DNA from: Patescibacteria group bacterium
GTDB taxonomy: Bacteria; Patescibacteriota; Patescibacteriia; UBA1558; GWA2-36-10
Assembly: GCA_018819405.1 (NCBI GenBank)
Contig: JAHJQF010000001.1
Coordinates: 449,377 to 513,376 of the forward strand
Reading direction: 5' to 3'
DNA: 64,000 nt
In this document: positions 16,542 to 27,421 of the stretch, piece by piece
Position numbering within the stretch: the stretch's first letter is position 1
Layout: each line of letters begins with the position of its first letter
Notes under the pieces: model-generated
Told to the model about the DNA's origin: nothing
Seen by the model: the letters and a program-made list of their open reading frames with translations, nothing else
Database searches by the model: none
Position numbers and translations under genes: made by a program

Positions 16542-19007
16542 TTATCTTATGGCAATTTTTTTGCCTTGTAAAAATACTTTTATTTTTTGGGTTTTTTTGT
16601 CTAGTAATTGAGAGGCTAGAGTATTGGTCAGATATTGGTCTACCAGTCTTTTGAGGCTGCGAGCGCCATCTTGAGTGGCATTTTCTATATTAAGTAGATA
16701 ATTGATTATCTTGGCATCTAGCTCTATAGCTATACCCTGCTCATTGAGCCTTTGTTTTATTTGCTCTAGCTCTGCGCGGATTATTTTGCGAGCGGCTGAT
16801 TTGTCCAAGGCTTCAAAGGCCAGTATCTTGTCTATTCTATTGGTAAACTCTGGTGGAAAATAACGATTAAGAGAAGATAATATTTCTTGGCTGAGATTTT
16901 TGAAATCATTTTTACTTTCGTCAGTGTCAAAACCCATCACTGCTTGACGATTAAATTCTTTGAGGCCGACATTGGAAGTCATGACAATAATAGTATTTCT
17001 AAAATTGACAGTTTTGCCGGTGGCATCAGTCAATTCTCCTTCTTCTAGGATTGGCAAAAGCAGGCTAAAGACATCGGGATGCGCTTTTTCTATTTCATCA
17101 AATAGGACTAGGCTATAGGGTTTGTTTTTGACCAAATCAGTCAGCTTGTTGCCTTCGCGGTAGCCAACATAGCCGGCGGGTGAACCAATCAGCTTGGAAA
17201 TATTGAATTTTTCGGAAAATTCACTCATATCAATCCTAGTCATATTTTTGCTGCCACCAAAAACATGTTTGGCGATTTGTTTGGCAGTTTCGGTCTTGCC
17301 TACGCCACTGGGTCCCAAAAACATAAAGCTAGCCAGAGGGCGATTTTTGTCGTGTAGTCCGGCCTTGGATTTGCGGATAATATCGGCAATGGATTTTAGG
17401 GCAATATCCTGACCAAAAATTTGACTAGATAGTTTGTTTTCCAGATTGACCAGTTGTTTGTTTTCTTCCAGGTTGATAGAGGACAGAGGTACACCGGTAA
17501 TGCGAGAGATTACTTCTTTGATATTATCTTCATTTATCAGGCCGAGATGGATGTTTTTAGTTTTGTCTTCTTTGGCCTGCAATCTCAAAAGGTCTTCCAG
17601 TAGCTCGTCTTCTTGATTTTTGTACTCCAAGGCATCTAGGTAGTTTTCTGATAAAATAGCCTGTTTTTTATTATTTTGGCAGTCAGTTATTTTTTCTTGG
17701 GTTTCTTTAATTTTTTTACTCAAGCCATTTTTGGTATTTTTGACGCGGATTTTGGCGGCAGCTTCATCTATCAGGTCTATGGCTTTGTCGGGTAGTTTTT
17801 TGTCTGGTAAAAATCTTTTGCTCAGTACCACCGCTGATTTCAAAGCGCTGTCTTCAATTTTTACTTTGTGGAATTTTTCATAATTTTGGCGTAGACCTTG
17901 TAAAATTTCCAGAGTCTCTACTTCGGAGGATTCATCAACAATGATAGGCTGAAAGCGTCTTTCCAGAGCTTTGTCACTTTCAATGTGTTTTTTGTACTCA
18001 TCAAAAGTAGTAGCACCGATACATCTGAGCTGTCCGCGTGATAAGGCTGGTTTGAGGATATTGGCGGCATCAAGTGAGCCGGTAGTTGCTCCAGCACCCA
18101 TGATAGTGTGTAATTCGTCTATAAACAAAATAACATCAGGATTATTTTTTATTTCATTGATAGTCTGCTTGAGGCGGCTTTCAAATTCACCTCTATACAT
18201 TGTACCGGCTATCAAGCTGCTGATATCAAGATTTAATATAGTTTTGTTTAGAAGTACATCAGGTACTTTGTTTTCAGTTATTCTTTTGGCTAGGCCTTCA
18301 ATAATGGCAGTTTTACCAACGCCAGCATCGCCCAAAAGCACTGGGTTATTTTTGGTACGGCGAGATAGTATCTCAATCAATCTGTCTATTTCTTGGACGC
18401 GTCCAATGACCGGATCAATGTCTTTTTGGATTTCCAAACTAGTCAGGTTGACAGTATAGCTCTCTAGATTGTTGGGGCTTTTGTCTTCTTCAAAAATGTT
18501 TTCCAATTCTTTGATGTCTTCGTCTATAGTCAGCTCACTGAATTTGGAGGTACTCTTGAGTATCAAATTTAGATGTTGTTTAAGACTGCTGATATTAATA
18601 TTAGCTTTGTTGAGTATCTTGAGGGTATTTTCATGTTCACTTTGGCTGATACCCCACAACAGATGTTCAGTACCAATATATTTGTGCCTAAATTTGTAGG
18701 CAGTGACTACAGCTTTTTCGATGATTCTTTGGGCTTCTTCAGATGGCTGAGGTAGATTTTCCGGATTGATACCAATAGTTTGATAGGTATCCAAGATATT
18801 GTCGTTATTTAAAAAACTGGCGTCAATTTTTTGTTTTATCAAAATGTCTGAACCAAGTGATCCTTTAGTCTTTAAGATGGACACAAAAAGATCTTCCGGC
18901 TCAATAAAATTTCTTTTTTTGGAATAAGCCAGATTTTGGGCACCAATCAGTACTTTTTTGAAGTGCTCAGTGAATTTGTCCAATATATTTTGAGTGTGGT
19001 CTATCAT
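16542..19007 (-). CDS. clpC: AAA+ chaperone ClpC (Clp ATPase subunit, two NBDs)
   Basis: Clp-N repeats, NBD1 GDAGVGKTAI / ILFIDELHT, NBD2 FLGPSGVGKTE / LVLFDEIEKAH; length 821 aa fits ClpC rather than ClpB. Confidence 0.8.
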   Translation of the reverse strand: MIDHTQNILDKFTEHFKKVLIGAQNLAYSKKRNFIEPEDLFVSILKTKGSLGSDILIKQKIDASFLNNDNILDTYQTIGINPENLPQPSEEAQRIIEKAVVTAYKFRHKYIGTEHLLWGISQSEHENTLKILNKANINISSLKQHLNLILKSTSKFSELTIDEDIKELENIFEEDKSPNNLESYTVNLTSLEIQKDIDPVIGRVQEIDRLIEILSRRTKNNPVLLGDAGVGKTAIIEGLAKRITENKVPDVLLNKTILNLDISSLIAGTMYRGEFESRLKQTINEIKNNPDVILFIDELHTIMGAGATTGSLDAANILKPALSRGQLRCIGATTFDEYKKHIESDKALERRFQPIIVDESSEVETLEILQGLRQNYEKFHKVKIEDSALKSAVVLSKRFLPDKKLPDKAIDLIDEAAAKIRVKNTKNGLSKKIKETQEKITDCQNNKKQAILSENYLDALEYKNQEDELLEDLLRLQAKEDKTKNIHLGLINEDNIKEVISRITGVPLSSINLEENKQLVNLENKLSSQIFGQDIALKSIADIIRKSKAGLHDKNRPLASFMFLGPSGVGKTETAKQIAKHVFGGSKNMTRIDMSEFSEKFNISKLIGSPAGYVGYREGNKLTDLVKNKPYSLVLFDEIEKAHPDVFSLLLPILEEGELTDATGKTVNFRNTIIVMTSNVGLKEFNRQAVMGFDTDESKNDFKNLSQEILSSLNRYFPPEFTNRIDKILAFEALDKSAARKIIRAELEQIKQRLNEQGIAIELDAKIINYLLNIENATQDGARSLKRLVDQYLTNTLASQLLDKKTQKIKVFLQGKKIAIR

Positions 19008-19008
19008 A

Positions 19009-19881
19009 TTACATACTCCTTAGAGCCTTTACTCTTTGCTCAATAGGCGGGTGAGTAGAAAATAATTTGGCCGCCGATCCATCTTTGAAAGGATTGGATA
19101 TATATAAGTGAGCAGTTGCTTTGTTGGCTCTTTTAAGTGGTTTATTTTGTAAATTTATCTTTTCTAGGGCTCTAGCTAGACCTTCTGGGTAGCGGGTCAG
19201 GAGTGATCCAGAGGCATCGGCCAAAAATTCTCGTTTTCTAGAAATTGCCAATTGTATTAATTTGGCAAAAAGAGGAGAGAGTATTGCCAAGACCAGTCCT
19301 ACTATTATTAGGATACCACCGCCTTTGTTTTCTTCACGGCTGTGTCCGCGCCATATAAAACTTCTCAGTAGCCAGTCAGCTAGTAGAGTGATGATACCAA
19401 CACAGATTATAACTACCATCATTAGTCGGATGTCATAATTTTTGACATGCGACATTTCATGGGCGATCACACCTTCTAGTTCTTCATTTTTTAGGCCTTG
19501 TATAATGCCGGTAGTCAAAGCAATAGAGGAGTGCTTTGGATCACGGCCGGTGGCAAAGGCATTCATAGCACTGTCGTTTATAATATATATTTTGGGCATG
19601 GGTATGCCGGCGGTGATGGAAAGATTTTCCACCATGCGCCAGACATAAGGATTGTCATCTTTAGTAATTTCTTTGGCTCCAGCAGTAGAAAGAGCTACTT
19701 TGTCGCCGGCATAAAAGCTAATCATACTAGTCATAATAGCCATTATTGTGGCTAATATTACTACAAAATAACCACCTTCAGAATACTGAGCCCAGACCCA
19801 ACTCAGGCCAAAAATAACCAAAACAAAAATGGTCATAAATAAAAAGCTTTTTCTTTTGTTTGAATCTATTTGTTTATACAT
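19009..19881 (-). CDS. htpX: membrane zinc metalloprotease HtpX (M48)
   Basis: HEMSHVKNYD HExxH motif, N-terminal TM pair, size ~290 aa. Confidence 0.8.
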   Translation of the reverse strand: MYKQIDSNKRKSFLFMTIFVLVIFGLSWVWAQYSEGGYFVVILATIMAIMTSMISFYAGDKVALSTAGAKEITKDDNPYVWRMVENLSITAGIPMPKIYIINDSAMNAFATGRDPKHSSIALTTGIIQGLKNEELEGVIAHEMSHVKNYDIRLMMVVIICVGIITLLADWLLRSFIWRGHSREENKGGGILIIVGLVLAILSPLFAKLIQLAISRKREFLADASGSLLTRYPEGLARALEKINLQNKPLKRANKATAHLYISNPFKDGSAAKLFSTHPPIEQRVKALRSM

Positions 19882-19985
19882 TTTTATGAGTTTATTTCAA
19901 CTTAATATAACAATATTAACTATGTTTTGTCAATTACAAAACACCTTATTAACTAAAGCATTTTATGGTAATAAATTATTTTGTT

Positions 19986-22900
19986 TTATCTGAGTTTTTC
20001 TGAGTTTGCTTCAGAATGAGGATAGGGGTAGGGTATGCTATAGGGTACGCAAGCACCGGTTAAATAACTACATTTATTACCGCCGGGGCAGCCACAAGTT
20101 TGACAATTATTTATTAGTTCCCCGTCGGCACAATAGAGGGGTTTAGTTGTAGAGCATTGGTTAGGATTAGTGCCATCAGAACATTTGGCGGGTATTTCTA
20201 AAGAAAAAGCATCGTCATTATTATCATAGTTATCCTCTTCATTGTATTTTAAGATGCTTACATAGTATACTTGTTGACCGGCGTCAGGAGTAGTAGTGGC
20301 TGTAAATTGGGCTTGCCTTAAGGCTCCTAGAGAAAAATCTATTTCTTTTATCATAATAGACATTACATCTCCCGGATAGCCATTATAAAATCTTAAAGTA
20401 AAATCATCAGCTGCTACATTTTCCAAGTTTTCTACATCAGCGCTTAGGGTCACTTCATAGTTTGCATTATTAAATACAGCATTCATATTATGAGCGCGCA
20501 AGTCAGGATAATCTATTGCTTCAAAAATATCATAGGCGTTTCGATTGATATTGAGACCGGCAATTGTAGTAGAGGCAGTTATATTAACATCATAATAGCC
20601 AAGGTTAGATGTTTGAGAAAATGTATTGGAGTAAGTACCGTCTCCTTGGTCAATGAGATTTAAGGTATATTGATTGTCTTGGTTATCAATCATTTGAGCT
20701 GTGACATCAGCGCCAGTCAGAGGAGTGGAACTAGCAGTTAAAGTAGCTGAAATTAGTATATCCTGTCCGGGGGCCACTATTGATTCCATAGTTGTTTCTA
20801 GGAGCACATCAGTTTTTACAAAAGTATATATATGATAACTAGCATTAGTAGAACTAGCGGTTAAAGTCCATTCACCAGCTAGAGGATTGTTTATTTGTAA
20901 ATATCTCATAGTACTGGTGGCCTCGGTATTATAGATAGTACTATCCGGTGATTCGATTGTCAGATCAGTATAATCACCATCATAGGACATTAAGAAATAT
21001 ACATAATTTTCATTGTTCAAATTTACAGTATGAGATTTTTGACCAACTACACTATCTTCAATGTAGCTTATTTCCTGGGTGTCTTCAGTAAGGACATCTA
21101 AAGCTTGTTGAGGCTCTGTCAGAGATTTAGCTGAATAGGTTCCTAGTATTATATTAGCTATAAAATCTGCAACACCACTGCGTTTGTAAATTTCCCCATG
21201 ATTATAATATCCCAACACTGGGCCTAAAATATTTGATACACTTGAATTATATATGGCTAAACTATTTGTACTGACTACGCCATCATCATCTGGCCAAATT
21301 ATCTGACTTAGAAAATCACCTTTTGTGCCACCCGCTATAGCATAGGATACTTTACTATTTACATTTTCATAATCATAATCATCGCCTCCATTCAAATCTT
21401 TCATAAAGTTAGTATGAGCATTATACATTTGTTTGGCGGCAGTTGTGTCAGCAAATTTTTCTATATAATTAGGTACTATAAATCCGGGGAGAGCTCTGTC
21501 AATTATGTCACCATCTTGACTCATCCACCTTAATGCGGTAGGCATGCCATGATTTGGTGTGGCTAGCTGGATAAGATATCTGACCTTATTTGTATCAGTA
21601 GTTTGTACATACCAGCGTGATATTAGTCCGCCCATAGAGTAACCTACTATATCAACATATCTAGCATTATGAGTTTTTTTAACATACTCTACATTGTCAG
21701 ATAATTTTTTAGCATATGTTTTTATATTACCTATAGTACATGCGGATTTATTTTCCACAGTACATTGACCAGGAGCATAGTCTAAAGCATATATAGGATG
21801 ATCATTAGAATCTAATCTATCATCTAGTAAAGTCATCAGTGGTCCTATATCTTCCCAATCTTGTGTATAGCCATGTACAAGTATTATTGGCACTGTGCAA
21901 CTATATTGGCAACTTCCGCCGCAGTCTACACCGGTTTCATCGCCGTTTTGTACGCCATCATTACAAGTCGCTACAGGATCTTGTAGATCGTTCTGATACC
22001 AAGCAAAAGTACTGCCGTCAGATGATATAGCCAAAATATCTATATCGTCATCACTATCCATATTGGCGATATACGTAGCTTTAAAACCACCAATTACAAT
22101 ATTTTCGGTAAAGTTTTGGCTGCCATCGTTTCTATACCAGGATATTTCATTGTTAGTGTCATAGGCTTTTACAAGGTCTATATGTTGATCCCCATCTATA
22201 TCAGCGGCGTATATGGAATTGGCATAATTGGAGTTACTTATTGAGTGTATAGTAAAATTTTGACTGCCATCGTTTTCATACCAATAAATACCGCTGGGAA
22301 CTCTAGCAGTTATAATATCAGCATCATTATCATTGTCCAGGTCAGTAATATAAAGGCCTCTGGTAAATCCATTAGATGCTATGCTGTGCGGAGTAAAATG
22401 TTGACTACCATCGTTTTCGTACCAATAAATAGCTCCATCATAATTTGCTGTTATTGCTGTTAAATCTAAGTCACCATCTCCATCTATGTCTACGGGAAAT
22501 ATGTTAATAATTTTTGTTGCTGAAGGTATTGAGTGCCTGGTAAAATGTTGGCTACCATCATTTTCATACCAATAAATATTAGCAACAGTTGCAACACCAG
22601 CTATTATATCCATATCACCATCTCCATCTATGTCTTCGGCTCGTACTACTTCGCCATAATTGTAACTATTATCAAGACCGTGGTGAATAAAATTTTCATT
22701 GCCATCATTTTCGTGCCATAGCAAACCATATCTATGTATAGTTAGGATATCTATATCCCCATCATTATCTATATCTTCAGTATAAAGGTCATTTATATGA
22801 TCAGCAAGATAAATAAAATGTGGGGTAAAGTTGTTATGACCGTCGTTTTTGTACCAAGTTAAAGTAGTGCCGCCCAAAATGGTAGTCAGGACATCCATAT

Positions 22901-23096
22901 CTGTGTCATTATCCATATCTACAGCTATAGAACGTTCAGCACCAACAGCTACATTAGTTATTATTTCCTGAGTAAAACCAATAATATTAGTTTCGGCAGT
23001 AACTTTATTTGATTTGATAAATAAAAAAATACCCGCCGAAGCTATAATAATCAAAATAGCTATTTTAGGCAGGTGGTCAATGATTTTTTTTGCCAT
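19986..23096 (-). CDS. giant secreted protein: FG-GAP/VCBS-like repeats + alpha/beta-hydrolase (lipase) domain + Cys-rich C-terminus
   Basis: Repeated DIDGDGDxDI and IYWYENDGSQHFTxHSI units (~48 aa period), lipase GxSxG VGYSMGGLISRWY, C-terminal CxxC-rich module. Confidence 0.7.
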   Translation of the reverse strand: MAKKIIDHLPKIAILIIIASAGIFLFIKSNKVTAETNIIGFTQEIITNVAVGAERSIAVDMDNDTDMDVLTTILGGTTLTWYKNDGHNNFTPHFIYLADHINDLYTEDIDNDGDIDILTIHRYGLLWHENDGNENFIHHGLDNSYNYGEVVRAEDIDGDGDMDIIAGVATVANIYWYENDGSQHFTRHSIPSATKIINIFPVDIDGDGDLDLTAITANYDGAIYWYENDGSQHFTPHSIASNGFTRGLYITDLDNDNDADIITARVPSGIYWYENDGSQNFTIHSISNSNYANSIYAADIDGDQHIDLVKAYDTNNEISWYRNDGSQNFTENIVIGGFKATYIANMDSDDDIDILAISSDGSTFAWYQNDLQDPVATCNDGVQNGDETGVDCGGSCQYSCTVPIILVHGYTQDWEDIGPLMTLLDDRLDSNDHPIYALDYAPGQCTVENKSACTIGNIKTYAKKLSDNVEYVKKTHNARYVDIVGYSMGGLISRWYVQTTDTNKVRYLIQLATPNHGMPTALRWMSQDGDIIDRALPGFIVPNYIEKFADTTAAKQMYNAHTNFMKDLNGGDDYDYENVNSKVSYAIAGGTKGDFLSQIIWPDDDGVVSTNSLAIYNSSVSNILGPVLGYYNHGEIYKRSGVADFIANIILGTYSAKSLTEPQQALDVLTEDTQEISYIEDSVVGQKSHTVNLNNENYVYFLMSYDGDYTDLTIESPDSTIYNTEATSTMRYLQINNPLAGEWTLTASSTNASYHIYTFVKTDVLLETTMESIVAPGQDILISATLTASSTPLTGADVTAQMIDNQDNQYTLNLIDQGDGTYSNTFSQTSNLGYYDVNITASTTIAGLNINRNAYDIFEAIDYPDLRAHNMNAVFNNANYEVTLSADVENLENVAADDFTLRFYNGYPGDVMSIMIKEIDFSLGALRQAQFTATTTPDAGQQVYYVSILKYNEEDNYDNNDDAFSLEIPAKCSDGTNPNQCSTTKPLYCADGELINNCQTCGCPGGNKCSYLTGACVPYSIPYPYPHSEANSEKLR

Positions 23097-23168
23097 GTTA
23101 TTAGTATAATTTTTAGTTAGTTTGATTAAAAATTATACTAATATTAGTGTTTTGTCAATAATAAAAAA

Positions 23169-23197
23169 CAACCTTCGAGGTTACCTCGAAGGTTGTT
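23169..23197. repeat. REP palindrome pair (second locus)
   Basis: aaccttcgaggtt-acctcgaaggtt, near-identical to 7455-7491. Confidence 0.65.
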
Positions 23198-23207
23198 AGA
23201 GTTTAAC

Positions 23208-23828
23208 TTAAAATTTTACCTGTACGTTTTCTCTTTCTTTTTCATCACCAATGGCAAAAAATTCCCAGGCAGTAAATTTTAGCATGCCAGCAATCAAGTT
23301 GTTTGGGAAGATTTCTATCTTGGTATTAAAGTCTCGAACCTGACCGTTGTAAAAGCGGCGAGAAGCTTGGATTTTGTTTTCGGTATCAGATATTTCGTCC
23401 TGAAGCTGCAAAAAGTTTTGTGAAGCTTTTAGATCAGGGTAATTTTCTGCTACTGCAAATAGACTTTTTAGGGTGTCTGAGAGCATATTTTCTGCCTTAC
23501 CCTTTTCTTCAATGCCATTGGCCTTCATGGCACTGGCTCTAGCTTCGGTGACTTTGGTTAGCACACCTTCTTCGTGTTTCATGTAGCCTTTGACGGTCTC
23601 CATTAGATTGGGGATTAGGTCATAGCGGCGTTTTAGCTGTACATCAATGTCTGACCAGGCTTCTTTGACCCTGTTTCGGAGCCTAATCAGGCTATTGTAT
23701 ACACCAACCAGCCACAAAGCGACCAATATGACTACTACTAATATTACAATTAGCACTGTATCCATAGTTTTATTTTTAATACTTAATTTAGATAATATAA
23801 TTTTACTAAATAGCCGGGTTTTTAGCAA
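23208..23828 (-). CDS. lemA: LemA family protein
   Basis: N-terminal TM then LemA-like [29 protein letters not shown]. Confidence 0.7.
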   Translation of the reverse strand: MLKTRLFSKIILSKLSIKNKTMDTVLIVILVVVILVALWLVGVYNSLIRLRNRVKEAWSDIDVQLKRRYDLIPNLMETVKGYMKHEEGVLTKVTEARASAMKANGIEEKGKAENMLSDTLKSLFAVAENYPDLKASQNFLQLQDEISDTENKIQASRRFYNGQVRDFNTKIEIFPNNLIAGMLKFTAWEFFAIGDEKERENVQVKF

Positions 23829-23903
23829 ATCTCAAAATTTCTACCATATTTTTGTAAAATATGTTATAATAAATTAGTTAAAATAAAAATAATTTTTAAA
23901 AGT

Positions 23904-26027
23904 ATGTTTAAAAGAATAAATAACTGGCATTTGTCAGTTTTGGTAGTGATAGTCTCGTTTTTAAGTGTCCTTTTTATAAATAAATATGTCCAAGCTCAAT
24001 GGGTTGATCCGATTGGCCTGCCTGGTGAGACACCAGACTTCCGGTTGGTAGTCAATCCTTTGGCAGAAGATCTCCAGATGGGGGACTATAGCATTATTGG
24101 TCAGAATATTGAGCTAAATCCTACTGGTTCTATTGGTAGTACAGCTATCAATGTAAAAAATGGCAGTCAGATTTGTTTTAATGGTACTGATTGTGCCTCT
24201 GCCTGGCCAACTGGTGGCGGGCTTGCTGATAATCTTGGTGACCATGTGGCTGATATGAATATTATTCTTGGCAATTGGTATCTTAGCGGTGACGGAGGCA
24301 GTGAAGGTATACGTGTTTTAGCCAATGGCAATGTTGTTGCCACCAACTATGTAGGTATAGGCACCGGCACTCCAAACAAACAACTGCATATCAAAACTCC
24401 AGCTGGTAGCAATGCGGAAATTGATATCCAAAGCGGAACAGATCCTGACTGGTGGGCAATTTATCAGGATGACGGAACTAATGATTTGCGTCTATGGTTT
24501 GGCAATACCACGGCTGGCGCTAATAAAGTAACTTTTGACGATAATGGCAATGTTGGTATTGGTACTATCAGTCCTTCGGCCAAATTGGAAGTGGTTGGTG
24601 ACTTGGAAATAGGCAGTTTAGAAGACAACAATGGCGTTAATTTCTTTGGTGATTGTACTTCTGGTAATTATATTCAAGCTATTGCCGCTGATGGAACACT
24701 GACTTGTGCTGCAGATCAGTTGGGCACAGGAGGTACAGTTGATGAACCAACAGTTGAAGGATATATTTTTGACAATGATGTAGAAACAGTACCGGGAGTT
24801 TGGACAATTACTGGCAATTGGACTTATAATACTCGGCCAGCTTTTAATGGCGGCACTACAGGCGCCAGTTCTCCTTTTTCCGTTGATTCCACTTATGTAG
24901 TAACAAATTTAAATGCAGATTTGTTGGATGGACAGCAAGCTACTGTCTTTCAAGATGATATTGGCATAGATTGTAGTCTTAACAATTATGTCTATGGTGT
25001 AAATGATGACGGTTCACTGAAATGTCGTTTGGATCAAAGTGGTAGTGGCAGTTTGTGGACACTTAGTGGTGCAAATATTTATCGTAATTCTGGCAATGTC
25101 GGCATAGGGGATACTACACCTTTATCACTACTTACGGTTGGTAGTGGCGATCTTTTTCAGGTCAATTCAACTGGTGATTTAGTCAAAATAAAAAATGTTA
25201 CTTATTCTTGGCCAAGTTCTCAAGGAGTAGCCAATACTTATCTACAAAATAATGGTTCAGGTGGCTTGACCTGGGCTACGGTAACGGCTGGAGGAGGCGA
25301 CGATCTTGGTAATCATACTGCTACGGAAAATATTAAGCTTAATGGCAATTATCTTAGTGGTGATGGTGGCTCGGAGGGTATTTTGGTAGCAAATGATGGC
25401 CAAGTGGTTATTATGAGTAATTCTCCTACAGGAGAGGGGCTTTTGGCAAACGGAGCTATAAGTATTGGTAAAAATACTTCAGAGGTAGCCATAAAAATTG
25501 GCTCAACAGAAGCTTTGTGGCACGGAGGGGCAACAAATAGATTTTCTTGGGGTTATGGGGGCACTTCAAATTATTTTGCTGATAGGATAGGAATAGGTAT
25601 ACAGCCAGATGATACTTCAGTGATGCTCAATGTTACTGGTAATACACTGACTACTGGCAAGGCCTTTACCACTGGTGCAAATATTGCTGGTTCAGGCAGT
25701 TTTAATAACGGTTTTGTTACTTGTGGTAGTATTTCAAATATAACTGACGGGGAATTTGACTGTGTAAACCCTCTTATTAAAACAGGTAATAATTTAACTG
25801 GTTTGTATAGTCCAGGTGAATCTAGCACTGGACTAAAAGTGGCAACAGCCGAGGCGATTTGTTGGGCCTTGGGCTCTCCGGGCACTCCTTGGAATTCCGC
25901 CTATACTTATTTGGTAAGTAGTGGTAATTATTATACATATTTTGATGATGGATTCGCGAGTAATCCGGCAAGATTCTATTTGAATACTTTTCCTTACAGA
26001 ATCACTTCAGTAACCTGTGCTAGATAA
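23904..26027 (+). CDS. large secreted/surface protein with tail-fibre-like NVGIGTxxP repeats (paralogue 1)
   Basis: N-terminal anchor, AQW motif, QICFNGTDCASAWPTGG, repeated VGIGT..P..KL.V.G units. Confidence 0.55.
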   Translation: MFKRINNWHLSVLVVIVSFLSVLFINKYVQAQWVDPIGLPGETPDFRLVVNPLAEDLQMGDYSIIGQNIELNPTGSIGSTAINVKNGSQICFNGTDCASAWPTGGGLADNLGDHVADMNIILGNWYLSGDGGSEGIRVLANGNVVATNYVGIGTGTPNKQLHIKTPAGSNAEIDIQSGTDPDWWAIYQDDGTNDLRLWFGNTTAGANKVTFDDNGNVGIGTISPSAKLEVVGDLEIGSLEDNNGVNFFGDCTSGNYIQAIAADGTLTCAADQLGTGGTVDEPTVEGYIFDNDVETVPGVWTITGNWTYNTRPAFNGGTTGASSPFSVDSTYVVTNLNADLLDGQQATVFQDDIGIDCSLNNYVYGVNDDGSLKCRLDQSGSGSLWTLSGANIYRNSGNVGIGDTTPLSLLTVGSGDLFQVNSTGDLVKIKNVTYSWPSSQGVANTYLQNNGSGGLTWATVTAGGGDDLGNHTATENIKLNGNYLSGDGGSEGILVANDGQVVIMSNSPTGEGLLANGAISIGKNTSEVAIKIGSTEALWHGGATNRFSWGYGGTSNYFADRIGIGIQPDDTSVMLNVTGNTLTTGKAFTTGANIAGSGSFNNGFVTCGSISNITDGEFDCVNPLIKTGNNLTGLYSPGESSTGLKVATAEAICWALGSPGTPWNSAYTYLVSSGNYYTYFDDGFASNPARFYLNTFPYRITSVTCAR

Positions 26028-26079
26028 ATTATTTAAATAAAAATATTTCCTTTACTATTCTATAATATTATTTTTTAAA

Positions 26080-26117
26080 AAAACAACCACGTCAATGACG
26101 AGGTTGTTTTTGTTTTT
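26080..26117 (+). terminator. rho-independent terminator after 23904..26027
   Basis: caaccacgtca-atg-acgaggttg then T-run. Confidence 0.6.
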
Positions 26118-26177
26118 AATAAATATTGTTTTGTGTTATAATATATTAATAATTTAGAAAATATTAATTATAAAGTT

Positions 26178-27377
26178 ATGTTTAAAAAAACAAATAACTG
26201 GCACATTTCAATTTTGGTAATAATAGTGTCAGTTTTAAGTATTTCTTTGGTGCAAAAATATGTTTTTGCTCAATGGCAGGAGCCCAACACCTTACCAGGG
26301 ACGTCGGTTTCTAGAAATATAGTGGTCAGCCCTATGACTTCATCTCTCGATCTCAATGGTCAGACTTTGACAGGAGAAAAAGTTACTATTGATTCGGCTG
26401 GTAGTACAGCAATAAATGTTAAAAACAGTCAGATTTGTTTTGATACTACTGATTGTGCCTCTGCCTGGCCAACGGGTGTGGATACCGATTGGACTGAATC
26501 AGGAGGAAATGTCTATAGAACAAGTGGTAGAGTAGGAGTGGGCACAGTTAGTCCGGCACAGCTTTTGCACGTATCAGGGGGCAATATTTTATTGGACAAT
26601 AACCAAAGTTTGAAACAACTCAGTTCAAGTGGCTCTGAATATAGCATCATATATTTGGATAGTTCTGATGGGCTCAATTTAGCTGGTAATGACCTCAAGG
26701 TAAAAGATTTGAGTGGAAATTCCATGTTATATATTGATGATATGGGCACGGTCGCTTATGTTGGTATTGGTACTGATGCTCCAAATAAAAATTTGCATAT
26801 ATTTTCTGAAGGAGCAAACTCTGAGATTGACATCCAAAGCGGCAGCGGTTTGACCCATTGGGGTATTTATCAGGATTCGGCCACGTCTGATTTGAATTTT
26901 TGGAATACTGACAATAGAGTAGTTTTTTCTGACTCGGGTTATGTTGGAATTGGAGTGTCTATACCAGCTCATCAATTGCATATTGAATCTGTAGATCAAA
27001 ATGCTGTTTATGCCAAGACTGCTACGGTTGGAAAATATGCTGTGTATGGAGAAAATACGGCTGACAATGGCGTTGGTATGTATTCCTTAGGTGATATTGC
27101 TTTTATGGCTACATCCAACAGGTCGGGCGGTATGGCCATTTTAGCTTCAAAGGGTTCTGGTGCTTATGCTGGTTATTTTGATGGTACAGTAAAGGTGACT
27201 AATGGTTATTTTCAGTTTCCGGTAGTGTCGGCAGATCCACCGGATAGTGATTGCGGTAGTGTGTTGGATAGAGGAAAGGCGGTATTCAATTCTGAGACTG
27301 GTCAATTGGTAATTTGTAATTTTCACAAAAATGTTACTCCGGTTTGGGATCGCTATGAAAGCGCTGCTTCATTGTAG
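26178..27377 (+). CDS. secreted/surface protein (paralogue 2 of 23904..26027)
   Basis: N-terminal ~95 aa clearly homologous to preceding gene (MFKKTNNWHISILVIIVS..., QICFDTTDCASAWPTGV). Confidence 0.55.
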   Translation: MFKKTNNWHISILVIIVSVLSISLVQKYVFAQWQEPNTLPGTSVSRNIVVSPMTSSLDLNGQTLTGEKVTIDSAGSTAINVKNSQICFDTTDCASAWPTGVDTDWTESGGNVYRTSGRVGVGTVSPAQLLHVSGGNILLDNNQSLKQLSSSGSEYSIIYLDSSDGLNLAGNDLKVKDLSGNSMLYIDDMGTVAYVGIGTDAPNKNLHIFSEGANSEIDIQSGSGLTHWGIYQDSATSDLNFWNTDNRVVFSDSGYVGIGVSIPAHQLHIESVDQNAVYAKTATVGKYAVYGENTADNGVGMYSLGDIAFMATSNRSGGMAILASKGSGAYAGYFDGTVKVTNGYFQFPVVSADPPDSDCGSVLDRGKAVFNSETGQLVICNFHKNVTPVWDRYESAASL

Positions 27378-27421
27378 TTTTTTATAAATGGTTAATTTAA
27401 TTTTTATTTTTTTAGATATTA

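Noticed and set aside
17194-18755. Several plus-strand ORFs (17194..17412, 17434..17616, 17971..18459, 18469..18755) inside clpC
   Set aside because: Antisense to a conserved AAA+ chaperone; Ser/Leu-rich, no motifs
22100-22750. Possible DNA-level tandem repeat array inside 19986..23096
   Set aside because: Periodicity is explained by the ~48-aa FG-GAP-like protein repeats; not a CRISPR or independent repeat locus
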